NCBI RefSeq assembly: GCF_009834535.1 | Contig: NC_045728.1 | Span: forward strand, 7,564,001 to 7,628,000 | From: Camelus ferus | Lineage: Eukaryota | Length of the DNA stretch: 64,000 nt | Direction of reading: 5' to 3' | In this document: one piece after another, positions 23,801 to 37,415 of the stretch | Layout: the number at the start of each line of letters is the position of its first letter | Position numbering within the stretch: the stretch's first letter is position 1 | The notes under the pieces: model-generated | Database searches by the model: none | What the model was told of the DNA's origin: nothing | The model's input: the letters and a program-made list of their open reading frames with translations, nothing else | Translations under genes and position numbers: made by a program

Positions 23801-25059
23801 CTGTCTCTATTATGCTAATACAGTGCGGATGCGGGTGTGATGCCTGGCCTGGCCCTGTAGTCAGTGCAGACTAAGCTTACCTGTCATTCCTGGAATGGAT
23901 CCCCTGTGTCCACAGCTAAGACTACAGTTAAGACTCCTTAGTTTTACCCGGTGTCCTGCCCTTTATAAAATTCAACTCTGCTGTCTACTTTTCTTTCCAC
24001 CATTATTTCCTCCCTTTTATGCATGACCACGTGGAGGTGTTCACTGCCCTCTGACTGACAGGGACTTCCTAAGATTCTCTTTGCCTGACATTCATTTATT
24101 CTTTCGTTTCATCTGTTCCATGACAGATTTTGTTCATCACTAAAGGTCTGACTCTCATGTAACTTTTCCTACAAAGCCTTCCCAGAGCCCCCAAGGTGGA
24201 ATTCGTAACTCACTGCTCTCTACTCTCGTTGCATCTGTGTGAGATTCGCAGCTACTGTTTTATGTTGGCGTGGTCAAGGGAAAGTTGATTGAAGTCAGTG
24301 TGCCTGGCTGGGCTCTAATCCTGACTCTGGTTTTTTTCTAAGCGTGTAACATTTAAAAAGGTGTTTAACCTCCCTTTGCCTCAGTCTCCTTGTTATCATT
24401 TTTGTTGTTGAAGAAAACCTAAAATATTTGTAAAGTAAAAAAGTTTTATCTTTTTAGAGAATTTTCTGACTAGAATTAGATACCCTGGGGTGTATGGAGA
24501 ATAAGAAAGAGCTGTGAGTAGGAGGAAGAAAACTCCTATGAGTGTCTACAGTTAGTTTTCCTTTCATATATACTCATATATGTGGAAGAATACATATATA
24601 TGTATATACACATTACATATATAATTGACATATTCAGCTTTATAAATATATATTGGAATCATGGTAATTGCTGTAGAAATTCTTTTTTCCAAAGTAACGA
24701 AAAGAAGAAAGCACAGTGAACTTATGGAGTTATCTCTTTTTAAATAGCTAGAGGAACATAAATCATGAAGGAGTTTTTCTGTTCTGACATTTTATAGGTT
24801 ATAACTAGATATGAATAGAAAGTACAGAATGAGAGTGTATTAGGATAAATTAGGAAATGAATGGAAGCTTTTAGTTTGAAAATAGCAAACAGTTAATTGA
24901 ACTTCCCTGACAAGAGATTTTTAGTGTAATTAGTATTGGAAAATCTTCTACATCCAGTAATGTAATTGATACGGTTTTTTTATATCTAGGCTTATGCATT
25001 AAAACAGAGCAACAAAAGACAGACTTAGCTGAATTAGTGATCAGGTACAGATTACATGT

Positions 25060-25726
25060 GATTAAATGTACTTAGTGAATAGCTTCCAGTCTATTTTTTT
25101 GTTTAATCAATACCACATTTTTATTTGAAATTTATTGAGCTTTATTGAGATGTAATAGAAATAGTTATCTGTTTATTTAAAAATACACTAGTATTCCTTA
25201 TCTGTCCATCTCTCTGTGTACTTATATGTGTGTATATAAAAATATAAATGTGTACACTTATGTAAAACCATTACCACAATCAGGCAATAAACATACCCAT
25301 CATGCACAAACTTTTATTCCTATCTCTTTGTAATTCCCCACATCTGTCCCCAGGCAAATAATGATCTCTTTCCTGCCAATATAGGCTAGTTTGATTTTTC
25401 TAGAATTTTATATAGATGGGATTATATAAATGTACTCTTTTAGCAGGTGGGTATCTGGCTCCTTCTGCTTAGAATAATTATTCTGAGATTCATCCATGTT
25501 GCTGGGCATATCAGTAGTTCATTGCTTTTCTTAATGAGTAGCATACATTTGATAATAAGCCACACAATGTCTTCTATTGATCAACACTTTTGCTGCTTCT
25601 TGTATTGGGCTTTTATAAATAAAGCTACTATTAATCTTTATATACAAATCTTTCTATAAACTTATGTTTTCATTTCCCCTGATTAAATACTTTAATTTGG
25701 AATGAATGCATAATGTGGTAGATTAT
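25060..25726 (-). mobile_element. Old LINE-1 3'UTR fragment
   Basis: ccattaccacaatcaggcaataaacatacccatc...ttctgagattcatccatgttgctgg...aataaagctactattaatc. Confidence 0.7.
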
Positions 25727-26082
25727 GCTGAACTTGTCATTCTAAGTGAAGTAAGCCAGAAAGAGAAAGAAAAATACCGTATGAGATTGCTTATATGTGG
25801 AATCTAAAAAAAAAAAAACAAAAAAAAAAGCATAAATACAAAACAGAAATAGACTCATAGACATAGAATACAGACTTGCGGTTGCCAAGGGGGCGTAGGG
25901 TGGGAAGGGATAGACGGGATTTCAAAATTGTATAATAGATAAACAGGATTATACTGTATAGCACAGGGAAATATACACAAGATCTTATGGTAGCTCACAG
26001 AGAAAGGAATGTGACAATGAATATATATATGTTCATGTATAACTGGAAAATTGTGCTCTACACTGGAATTTGACACAACATT
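25727..26082 (+). mobile_element. Young camelid-type L1 3' end lacking its terminus and poly(A)
   Basis: Closely resembles the reverse complement of the L1 at 59.75-60.36 kb, but stops at gacacaacatt. Confidence 0.85.
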
Positions 26083-28140
26083 AAGATTAAAGATCTTTAG
26101 ATCTTTCAGTCTTTAAGGGAAATGTGTGCTATTTACTTTTTTTCAGTGGCTTTAATATTTCAATGACTAGAGTCCTGGGTTCCTGGCCTTTAAGTTACCA
26201 TTTTCTAATACATAGGTTTGTGGTCTGTCCTGTCCTCTCTCTCTCTGTCCTAGTTTAATTAACTTGTTCTACTTTATTTTGTTTTCTTTTTTCTATGCTC
26301 TTACTATGATCATAAAACTGAAGCAACATTTTTAAATCACTTGATTTCCTAAACAGACTTGCTACCTAGAAAGAGTGTTTCAAATCCATATCTGTAAGTT
26401 ACGTCTTAGCTTTTAGGTTTGCAGTATTTTAGTTGACCCACTTCTCTTTCTTAGTGTAATAACGTACAGTATTCTTTTCACAGTAAGACCTCTGCCCATT
26501 TTTATTTGCCCATTAATGAAATCTACCACCCGTTTAAAGGGAAGCTCCATAGTAGAAGACAAAAATCTAAAGCCCTGATAAGAGCTTATGTATTTGACAA
26601 ATCCAGGGACAAGTTGAGCCCTCTGGTGGGAGCTAGTCCTTGAGTCTGTGCAGAAGCCGCAGTAATTCAGTGAGGCTCACCACAGTTCCATGTCTGGGTT
26701 GTAAAGGCAGTTTACAGCAGCCTGGCCGCTCTGCTCTACTGGTCTTGGAACTAGTATTTCTTGAATATAGGGCTGGAAAGAGAGCGAAAATAATGAATGA
26801 TTGTTCCACTCTCTCTTTTCTAAAAAAAAAAAAAAATACATAAAAAGATTCTGTTTTCCTCACAATCAAATCATTACCTCTGATGTGAGCTTTTTACATT
26901 CTTCTGACAGTGTAATTCACAGAGTAGAAGTTTTCAGTTTTAATAAGTTCCATCTCACCAGTGTTTTTCTTCCATAGATCATGTCCTTGGAGTTAAATCT
27001 AAAAAGTCAGGCCTCACTTTACCACGTGATTTGCTATGCTGACCCATTAGACTTAAAATCTTCTTAAAATTTTTTTGATTCTCTATTGCTGCATACTTGA
27101 ATTCAAGAATAAATTAGACTTGCTTCGGGGACTTCCTGGTGTCAACAGATTTTAATGACATAAGAAATCAGATATTCAAAAATTACCACATCTGTGTTGG
27201 AATTTGCCACCGAAGGAATTCAGAATTAGTACTTCTCAGTCCTTGTATAGAAACAAGTAAGAATTTTACTAGTTATCTTACAGATCTTTGAAGAATTCTC
27301 CAAACTTACACTTAATTGATTTGAACTAAAACCAAAAAAGCCATTTATAGCTCTTGAAGGAGTTAAAGGAGGAAGACAGAATTGGGTACATAGTGGTTTT
27401 CATATAAATATTTTATAGAGGGAAATAAATACCAAGAAAATTATCAAGGACCTACTAGGTAGCAGGCATTCTGCTACCCTGAGATATGGCAGTGCACCAC
27501 ACACGACAGGAGGCTACCTTGAGGGAGATCACAGTCCAGCGTGGATTTTGACAATAAACAGACAGTTACAACTAGAGTAATAGATGCCAAAGCAGGAGGA
27601 TATTTGATTGGGCACAATAACAACAAATGTAGGTCTGTAACTCAGATTTTAAAAATCTAATCATGTTTCTTAAGGAGGAAAAAGAGGAAATAACTCAGAG
27701 AACAAAGGTGTGCGGTGGGAGATGAAGGGAAAGAGACTTTTCCAGAGTAGAGATGTGCAAAAGGTAAAGAATACAGTCATCACGTTGCTATGGTTTTGTT
27801 ATTTTTTGATTGGGTAGAAGAAAGGAGGTTGATAATCACTGCTAGAAAATATTTTCATTGATAGAGGGTTTTTATCAATTGTATGAAAGAAAAGAGAAAG
27901 AGATAATTTTGATGGCACTAGTGGGTCCATGTATCCAAGTCATCTTTAGAATTTCTTTTAATCTGTGTCTCAATGATATTTATCAGAGAAACATCCACAA
28001 AGAAATGGCACCAAGGCCATAGGAGTAAGAAATAATGTTAATAGAATCCCACTAAATATATGGATATATTAAACACACCAATTCATACAATATAATAGAC
28101 AATGATGTAGAATAAAAAGTCATCCTCATATTATTTCTGA

Positions 28141-29077
28141 TCACAAGAATATCCTTCTTTCTAGCACTTTCTTTAGGGCAACATTGACATCTTTATTCCG
28201 AAGGCTATAGATCAGGGGATTCAGCATGGGCACAATAATGGTATAAAACACAGAGGACACTTTCCCTTGGTCCATGGAACTGACTGAGGATGGCTGCAGG
28301 TACATGAATGCAGCAGATCCAAAAAAGATCACAACTGCCAACATATGGGAGCTGCACGTGCTGAAGGCTTTGGATCTGCCTTCCTTGGAGCGGATGCGGA
28401 GGATGCTGGCAATGATGAAGATGTAGGAGCTGAGGATGGTCAGGATGGGGACAAAGATGTTAAGGGCTCCAAAACATAGAATGAGTAGTTCATTGACATA
28501 GGTGCTAGAGCAGGAGAGCTTTAGGAGGGGAAGAAGATCACAGAAGTAATGGTTGATCACATCAAGTTTGCAGAAGTGAACCCTAAGCATGCAGCCTGTA
28601 TGAGAGAATGCACACACCAAGGCTATAATATACACTCCCAAAATCAGAGAGAAACAGGCCTGATGGGACATGATGACGTTATAAAGCAAGGGGTTACAGA
28701 TGGCAACGTAGCAGGTCATAGGCCATCGCAGCCAGCATGAAACACTCCGAGACGGCAAAAACAAGGAAGAAATAGAGCTGGGTCATGCATTCAGGGTAGG
28801 AGATGGTATTCTTCTTTGTCACAAAGTTCCCCAGCATTTTGGGGGTAATGACGGTGGAATGACAGACATCAATGAAGGACAAGCTACTGAGGAAACAGTA
28901 CATGGGGGTGTGCAGGTGAGAACTGAGCCCAACCAGTGTGATCATGCCCAGGTTCCCCACCACTGTGACCACATAGATTCCCAGGAAAAGGAAGAAGAGG
29001 GGCAGCTGGAGTTCTGGCTGTTCTGTTAGTCCAGCGAGGATGAACTCAGTCACTGTGGAATGATTTCCTTCTGTCAT
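28141..29077 (-). pseudogene. OR8G-like (OR8G1/8G5-like) receptor with a single +1 frameshift in MAYDRY
   Basis: 937 nt = 936+1; GAC-CTGC-TAC instead of GAC-CGC-TAC (extra A at + strand 28713). Removing it gives a 311-aa OR with OR8G-type motifs ([44 protein letters not shown]). Confidence 0.9.
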
Positions 29078-30264
29078 TTCCCTCTGGGAACTTTATGTAA
29101 GAAAAGAAGAGGAAAATTTGAGGTAGATATTTATGGTCCTACTATTACAATGAAGTGTGACATAAAAATCGAGGGTTTTCACCCAGGTAGCTCCCGTTCC
29201 CTGTCTGTCTCCTGATCCATGTTAGTGCTCAAAGACCCTGAGATCTAAGATAGGACATGAAACTAAAAATCAGAAAGAACTATGCCTTTTTTGATCTGTG
29301 CTGTAAGAGTGGGTCTCAGTACTGCCCAGTCCCTGAACAGCCAAAGAACTTTTCTGTCAACTTTGATTGTTGTAAGAACTTTCCATGATTTGTTTGTATT
29401 CCTCTCAAATTGTCTACAGAGCATATACTCGCATGCCTGTGTTACATGTTAGGTAACTGATACATTGCTGTGGTTGGATATATTTGCCCAGAGTTAGGCA
29501 TGTAATAAGCAAAGGATCAACGATATGAAATAAGGCCAGTCTCACCTTCCATCTCTTATTTTAACTGCTCATATCTGCCCTTCTATCTTTTATATCTTTT
29601 GTCATGTGAGAGAAACTGTGCAGAGCAATTAATGCAAGGCAGGAAAATTCATGTTAAGTACTGACAACAGTGTATCAACAACTGACCGCCTGTAGTGAAT
29701 ACTTCCACTCCTGGCACCTTTTCAAATATACAGAAAGAGTGGGTCTGGAAAGTACCTGGATGGCTAACAATAAGTCTATCATTCAGCCTAAACTCCACAT
29801 CCAGGAAGGATGCAAGTTTCCTAATGAGGAGAATTCAGAAGTGTGAAATACTAAAAGCCCAAATCCATTCATCCTAAAAACACTTATGGAATATTTACCA
29901 TGTGCTAAGTCCTTGGAATGACCTGATGTGGTTCATGACCCTTGGGCTTATGTTCCGGGAAACCACAGCTGGCAGAATGTCAGCCTTGCATGATGCTTCG
30001 GCCGGAACAAGAGTGTGTGTGTTGTCTTGGTGTCTTTGTACTCACCTTTGAACCAAAGCAATCACAAGAGGCACAAGAGACCAAAGCAGAAGGAACCTGA
30101 GTATGCTTCTATGGCTGCAGGAAGGGTTTGGAAGCAAGCTGATGATTCCAGGCACAGCACACTGTGATGACTGTTCTGTCTTCGAAAGAAAGAGATCCAG
30201 GAGACACCGTCAGAGATTATTGGTGCATCAGAAAACTAGTCCTGTTTATTCAGTGCATGCCATG

Positions 30265-30375
30265 TGCTGTCCAGGCCCTTTTATAAGTGGAGTCTGAGGC
30301 ATTTCCTCCCAGAAACCTTATGAGTGTATTATTCCCACTTTATAGATGAGGAAACTAAACCTCAGACTGTGGTTT
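30265..30375 (-). mobile_element. MIR fragment
   Basis: aaaccttatgagtgtattattcccactttatagatgaggaaactaaacctcaga. Confidence 0.7.
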
Positions 30376-30929
30376 TTCAATATAAATGTGGTTTTTGATT
30401 TCCTCATAATACAGATAAAAAATGACATAGCCATAATAAATAAAAGCAGTAATAAAGGACTTGAGCTAGTATTGATAGCTTCTGGAAATACTATCCTAAA
30501 ATCAAGGCATGTATAAAACACATGCTGGATTCAAAGAACATAAGAGCTGGAGAAAAATTATAGTCGTGATACTAACATTCGTTGAGTGATTCTGGTTGGA
30601 CCAGAGTCTAGATAAGATCCTGCAGAGATGAATCGTCAGCAAGTTACTTATCGTATCCATGTGTGGATACACAATGAACAGTGTTTGATCAGGATGCAAC
30701 TGGCACAGCATGAACGAAATAAAACAAAAAGTCTTCGTCTTTCCCAAATTGTCAACTGCATATAAAATTCTGTGAACAGCATGGTGCCATTCTGCCACTG
30801 AAACGTCTGCCTGTGGTGTTTATGCTTATAGTGTGTGAAGCATGGCTGAAAACTGGTAAGTCCCACGCCAAAATTCATCTTTTATGTAGTACTTTGTCTC
30901 CCAGCTTCAAAGTTTTTCTAATATCACAC

Positions 30930-31890
30930 TAATGATTGGAGCCACAGTAAAATAATCTCATTCTTTGGGAAAAATATTTGAAAGCCATATATCTGACAAA
31001 AACCCTTGCAACTTAGTAATAACAGACAGCCACATTTTGAAATGAGTAGAGGATTTGAGTAGACATTTTTCCAAATAAGATATGCAAATGACCAGTAAGC
31101 ACCTGAAAAGAGGCTCAAAAATCATTAGTCATTAGGGAATTATAAATCAAAACTACAATGAGATATATGCCCTCTATACGTGAGGATGGCTATAATCAAA
31201 AAGACAGATGATAGCAAGGATCTGGAGAAATTAGAACCCCTACACAGTGCTGATGGGACTGTAAATGATACAGCTGCTTAGGAAACCAGTTCAGCAGCCC
31301 CTCAAAGCATTAAGCATAAATTTACCATGTGACCCAGCAGTTTTACTCCTAGGCACATACTCACAAGAGCTGAAAACAAATGTCCACCTAAAAACTTGCA
31401 CATGAATGTTTAGAGCAGCGATATTATTCATAATAGTCAAAAGAGAAAACCATCCAAATGTCCATCAAATATGAATGGATAAACAAACGGTGGTATATTC
31501 ATATAATGGAATATTATTCAGCATTAAAAAGTGATAAAGTATTGAGATATGCCACATCGTGGATGAACCTGAAAACGTTATGCTAAGTGAAGGAAACAGA
31601 CACGAAAAGCCACATATTATATGATTCCATGTATATGACGTGTCCTGAAGAGATAAATTCATAGAGAAAGAAGCTTAAAAGCTTCCAGGAGCTGGAGGCA
31701 GGGGAGAATGGGAAGTGATTGCTGAAGGGTACAGGGCTTTTCTGGAGGGAAGTGATGAAAGTTCTACAATTAGGACATGGTGATGGTTGTACAACTCTAT
31801 GAATGTACTGGAAAATGCTGATTTGCTCACGTACCAAGGGTAAATTTTATGGTATGTGAGTTACATTTCAATGAAGTTGTTATAAAACAA
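30930..31890 (+). mobile_element. L1MC/L1ME-like ORF2 end and 3'UTR
   Basis: tgagtagacatttttccaaataagatatgcaaatgacc..., ccatgtgacccagcag, aaatgtccatcaaatatgaatggataaacaaacggtgg, atatgagttacatttcaatgaag. Confidence 0.85.
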
Positions 31891-33049
31891 GTCAAACAAC
31901 AACAATAAAATGATAGTGATACCATATTGACCATACAAAGCATTCCACCCCAGCTTGCTAATTTGCCTTTGTCCTCTAGGCCTTCCGCATTTAGGTTATG
32001 TCTGATGTGTGCCTTTTCATTTATGCCAAGTATGCCCATTAGGTTTTTCTTCAAATGAGATCTTTTTCTCCCCCCAAAATTGTGCCAGGTTGAGCTGTAG
32101 TGCTCAAAAATTGTAACTATCTTTTACAATTATAATATTTTTTATCTAATACATAAACAAGAAAAATATAGTTCTTAACCATGAATTGTTAATCAGTTAC
32201 AGACATAAGTCAGACATAGACTCTATTTAAAACATTTCTTCTGTGTCTTCATTGGAGGAAAAAAATAACAAATACAAACAAACAAGTAAAGTAAATACAG
32301 TAAGGAGACCTGAAATCAGTGTCAGAAAATACTCAGCAGACTTAAGTGAGGTGCCCAGTAATTTGCTGCGTGATACTGACTTTTGTCTTATGCCCGGAAG
32401 ATCAGTAAGTTTTCCATCTCCTGCAGAGACAAACCATCCTTGACTCTGGGCCAATTCCATACATTACTATGAGAAATTTAAATATGTCTAATGTGCAAAA
32501 ATTTCAACTCATTTTCAAGCCAAACCTGCTGCCAATTTTTGTAAATCCAAAAATGCAAAATGGCAGTTTCCCAGTTATCTTTTCCAGAATCACAGTTATT
32601 TCTTTGAACTAATTTTACCTAATTTTGTCTTATTTCATATTTAAAAGGCTGAGTTGCTGTATCCTTCAATATTTCTGACTCTTTAGAAAGGACAACTGCT
32701 TGTTTTTTCATGTACTCCTGGCCTCTCACAAACCTGGCCCACTCAGTACTGATGGCCATCACAGAAGGTCCGTTATGTCTTGTCCAGTCTGTAATGTTTG
32801 ACTGCAGGTGTTGGCCTCTTAATCTTTACATGTGACCAGCTCCCCCTGAAGTCCGACTCTGGTGCATGCTCTTAGTTTCTATTACTTCCCATTCTGCCCA
32901 GGTAACAGCACCTGTCTGCCTGAATGCCTGTGATTCTTAAATGTGGAGAATTCCCAACACTGCATTAATGGTCTTTTCTGAACTTGGTCAGATTTACCTA
33001 AGAGATGAATGAATCCTGAGAAAAACACCAAAAACAATTTAAGAAAGAA

Positions 33050-33530
33050 AAATTTTTAAAGTTTTATAAAAGAAGTGTTACGATTCATAGCCAGCATAGG
33101 ATCATTAAGTTATACCCAGAATTTTTGTTTCTTTAGGTTTACTAAATTAATAGAGTAAAAGACTTTTATCATCCCAAGTTATCTTGATTTCAAGAAAGCA
33201 TTTGCTGAATTTCTTGTATAATCTGTGGACATGATAAAGTTACATGTGGTAGGTAAAAATATAGAACAATATATATCATAGTTACATGAATTCAAGGAAC
33301 ATCTAAAGATTACTCATAAAGTGAGAAATGTTGAGTTATTATTCCATGGGTCTGTATACTCAGTCTTATCTTGAAAAACATTCTGTCAATAACTCGGATG
33401 ATGCCATAGAAGAAATCTTTATGAAATTCGTAGATAATGTTAACAAAAGAGAGTAACAAACACTTTTATGATGGTAAGAAGATGTTGTAGGCCTGTGAAT
33501 CTGGGCTGATACTACAAAGAGTTTCACTAT
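33050..33530 (+). mobile_element. L3/CR1 LINE RT-region fragment
   Basis: atcttgatttcaagaaagcatttg...tgtggacatgat and aacattctgtcaataactcggatg resemble the CR1 RT region. Confidence 0.5.
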
Positions 33531-33544
33531 CTGTAAGCGTAGAG

Positions 33545-33800
33545 TTTGCTGTGGACCCTCAGGATAGAGAGATGAATAAAATAGAATCCCTGCTCTTCAG
33601 AACGTTACAAACTAAAAGGAGTTGTGGGTGGACTGGACAATGTGATAAACATGTGATTGAACAGGTCCTTCAGGAGCATGGTGACCATGGTGCTAAACCA
33701 GAACAGACATCAATGAAGGCTTTCGAAAGAAGCCTGAACCTGGAAGGAGAAGTAGAAATAAGCCAGGTCTACAAAACATTCAAAATCGGGAAGCATTGGC
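33545..33800 (-). mobile_element. L2 fragment
   Basis: ggatagagagatgaataaaatagaatccctgctcttcag...agcctgaacctggaaggagaagtagaaataagccagg. Confidence 0.6.
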
Positions 33801-35169
33801 CTCACAGCTCTTCATGTTCAAAAGATCTGGATCAAGAGAAAAACACCTAAAACTGCCAATGAATTCATTAAAAAAAAAAAAAGAACGTAATATCCAAAAT
33901 AAAGGAAATGATAGTCCCACAAGATAAACTCACTCGGTGAACTATGCTTAGTCCTAGGGGCTGTATTTTATGATGGCGATTTTCAAAATATAACTGTCCA
34001 AAAAAAAAAAAACCAAACCTGAATATTTGGATCAAAATAACATGAACTGGAATTAGACCTTTTTTTGTATGTTACCTCAAAGGGCAGAGCTACGGCCAAT
34101 GAGACACATGTTTGAAGGTCAAGAATCTCTAACCATTAGATGGGTCTGGAAGTAGCGTGGGTGGAATTATGAAAAAGATAATTTTCCATCGTCATATGTG
34201 TTACAGCAAAAGATGAGTAACCATTGGACTTCAGGAAATTCCCGTAATGTTGTGAGGAGGCTAGACTCTCTTAACAATCTGAGATTTAAAAGTTCTAAAA
34301 CTTTCTAAAACTCGGATACTCACCTTTACTTGGAAACCTTAGTCTGGATTATATATATGCTTTAGACCAAGTACTAAGAGAAGTAGGTCTTGATGATGAT
34401 GGTAGAGGCTGTTCAAGATAGAAAATCCTGGGCTCTCTTTTACTTAGGGCTCAAATGCAGGTCTCGATTGCTGAGTTGTTCATGTAGATACTAAGAATCA
34501 AGAACCGTGATTCCCTATTGTCCCTTCCTCATAATTCTACCAGAGGCGCTTGCCAAAGTGACATGCTTTCATCTAAGGTTTCAACATACAAGAGGTAGCA
34601 TTAAAAATATATTGGAAGCTATTGGAGGCTCCCTCAAGATTTCCTTTCACCAGGAATGAGCTCTTGGGGTGTAGGAGCAATTAAAATTTGCTTTTTTCAT
34701 TCTTCGTTAATACTCTTATTAGTTCCCTTGTGTATAATATTCTCAGTGTTGAGACGATAGACAGTCATTAGATTAAGGGCTAGAAATAAAAGCCTGCAGA
34801 CACTGTTCTAGAAGGTCTTTGAAAGCAGCTTCCTATCTGAATATAATTTCTGTTTTTCCTTTCACAAGTTCTGTTAAGTCCACATCACTAGCCATGTTTA
34901 ACCTGTTTCTGTCTAAACTGTATAGAGATGCTATATCAATGTACAACAATGTTCTTCTTAATTATGTCCTAGATGATGCCTCCTTTACTTTCAGTGTTGA
35001 ACTAGCCAATACCAGGTATCAAAACTCGCATGCTGAGGGGCTCACAGTCTGTGAGGCACTAGCCTGCTTGTGGTCCCTTTGCCTGGCAAAGCAATACAGT
35101 GATTCTCTTCTAATTCTCCCAAAAATAAAACAAACAAAAATAACAACAGAAACTGCATTCTGACTTATA

Positions 35170-35500
35170 GTTTGAGCAAAGACAAGTAAAGAACCTAAGA
35201 GTTGTCATTCCTGTCCATACAAGAAAAAAACCAGATAAATTGAAAATTAATGACTTTTCTTGGACCCATTCAGAGAATAGAGGTTGCAGGGCAAAATGCC
35301 ACCCTAAAATCTAGAGAGACAGGTGTATTCAGGGAGATACAGCCCTCATGATTTGCTCACCTGAAGGAGAAATCACAGAACTTCATCAGCTGGGGTAAAC
35401 ACTCAAATAATTATTTTGACAAACTGCTGAGGACTAGCATGCAGACTAGCATCATTCTGAGAAATTCTTGCAGTTCTCAGTCGTAAGGAGACCCCACAAA
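35170..35500 (+). mobile_element. Old L1 5'-region fragment
   Basis: tgacttttcttggacccattcagagaatagaggttgcagggcaaaatgccaccctaaaatctagagagacagg resembles old L1M 5' ends. Confidence 0.5.
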
Positions 35501-36309
35501 ATACTGCAGATAAAACTGATTTTAAAAAAATATTTAATTTTATTCAGCAGTCATAATTTAAAGAAAACATTTTTATCACATTGCAACAATAATCACAAGT
35601 ATTCACTGTAGTTTAAAAAATCATCAGAAGAAATGCTCATAATCCAATTATAATAATCATAATTATTTAAAATAATTATCTCCAATGAATATTGAACACT
35701 GTTCAATATTTCAATTGTTTCTAATTTTTTTCAAATTATTTTATAAATAATAAGGTAATGAACATCTTTGGACATAAACACTTATGCAGAGTTTGTCATC
35801 TCTTCAAAATTATCCAGTCACTCGTAGAACAAGTTTCTTCCTCTATCACTGCCCCTTCAAACACAAACATCCAGATGACTCCTCAACCCAGGGAAAACCT
35901 TAAAATCTGTGCTAAGACTGGAGATGTTCTTTATCCACCAGAGGACAACAGAACACAGATTGCAGAACACACATGCCTGGCTGGTGTCCACCCTGGAGCA
36001 CTCTAAGTCTACAGTTACAGACTTACTAGACTGCATCAGAAATCCAAGATAACTGCCAGGATTCCTGAAATCTATAAAGCTAATATATGTCCAAAAGGAG
36101 AAGGCAACCGTACTTGCCATTCTGCGTAGGTTCAAGTGATCAGGAACAGATAAGAATGAGCTAGGAGACCTAAAGACTTAAAGAGCTAGGAGAGCCTGTG
36201 TGCCTCATTCTTTTGAATCACAAGCTCCAGAAGCAAGGAGAGGACAAAAGTGAGTTCCTGATTCTTCCACCCTTCTGGGCTCGCATTTATACTGCACCCA
36301 CTGTCTTAC

Positions 36310-36823
36310 TGTTGCCGAGTCTAAACTCGTTCTGTTCCCCGCCCGATAGGCCAGTAAATCAGGAGATGAGGTGATGGGGCAAGGAATAGGGACTTTATTT
36401 GGAAAGCCGGCAGACCCAGAGGATGGTAGATTAATGTCTTGGAGAACCATCCTGCTCTAGTCAGAATACAGGCTCCTTTTATACAAAAAATAAGGGAGGG
36501 GGTGTGCTTGATTGGTGTAATCGTCTTGCTGCAGGCGTTCCTTGTTCTTGCAGCCATCCCCTTGGGCTAGGTCATGGTGTCCAACAAAACAAAGGTTATT
36601 CTCTACTACACTACTTTCAGTTTGGAGAGATAGGTCACAAGTGGGATCATCCTGACCTTGGACATCTATCTTTTTGCATTTTTGCATTCCATTGATATAT
36701 AAAGTAGACTATTTAAATACAGCCTGGAGGCACACAGCTCTATGTAGCCAGTCCTTTGCTCAAAGCCTCACCCCAGCCTTCCCAAGACTTAAAAGAGGAA
36801 GGGATTAAATTCTATTACTGACA
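36310..36823 (-). mobile_element. ERV1-class LTR (probably solo)
   Basis: On the minus strand it begins TG and ends ...ggcaaCA, with TATAAAA (36483-36477) and AATAAA (36399-36394) in LTR order. No PBS/PPT or TSD found. Confidence 0.65.
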
Positions 36824-37415
36824 TATTGTTCAAAGGGTGTTCTAAGTTCTCCAGCTCCAGGAATTGCTAAGAATCAAAACATAAGAAAACATTCTTATGA
36901 CCAGGGCATGCAAGTTAGTGTAAATATGTCTCAGATCCCTTATAAATCTTAAATGTACTCTTGAACGTACGCTGTGTGTTTGTTACTCCTCTTTTACCTA
37001 AGTTTACAATCATAAATTTGGAAAATTTGTAAAGGATTATCATTCTCTAAAATGAGGCATTCAGTTTAGCTGTATTGAGTACAAGCACATTCCAGTGGTG
37101 GCTGCTGGTTCCATACGTGTCATAACCACTGTGGGTCAGTTGCCCACAAATGGTTAATTTTCATGGGTTCCAAATATAACTGCTTGTCAGAGTTTATGAG
37201 TGTACTTTAAACCCTTCTTGAGGTGCCTCAATTATTCTGCCACAAGTTCCACTTAGGTCTTATTATTTCATATAAACTTATGGATCTTTCTAGGGCTTGA
37301 TGCCAGTGTATCAGGTATTCATCTTAGTTTAAAAAGCCTTTTGTCATTTTATTTCCCTCCACTCATACTTCTTCCTCAGCTTGGTAGCGGTTGTTAGGAG
37401 TGTAACCTGTACTTC

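Noticed and set aside
29930-29950. O/E-like acccttgggc upstream of the OR8G-like gene
   Set aside because: It appears to lie in an L2-like remnant and has no adjacent homeodomain site.
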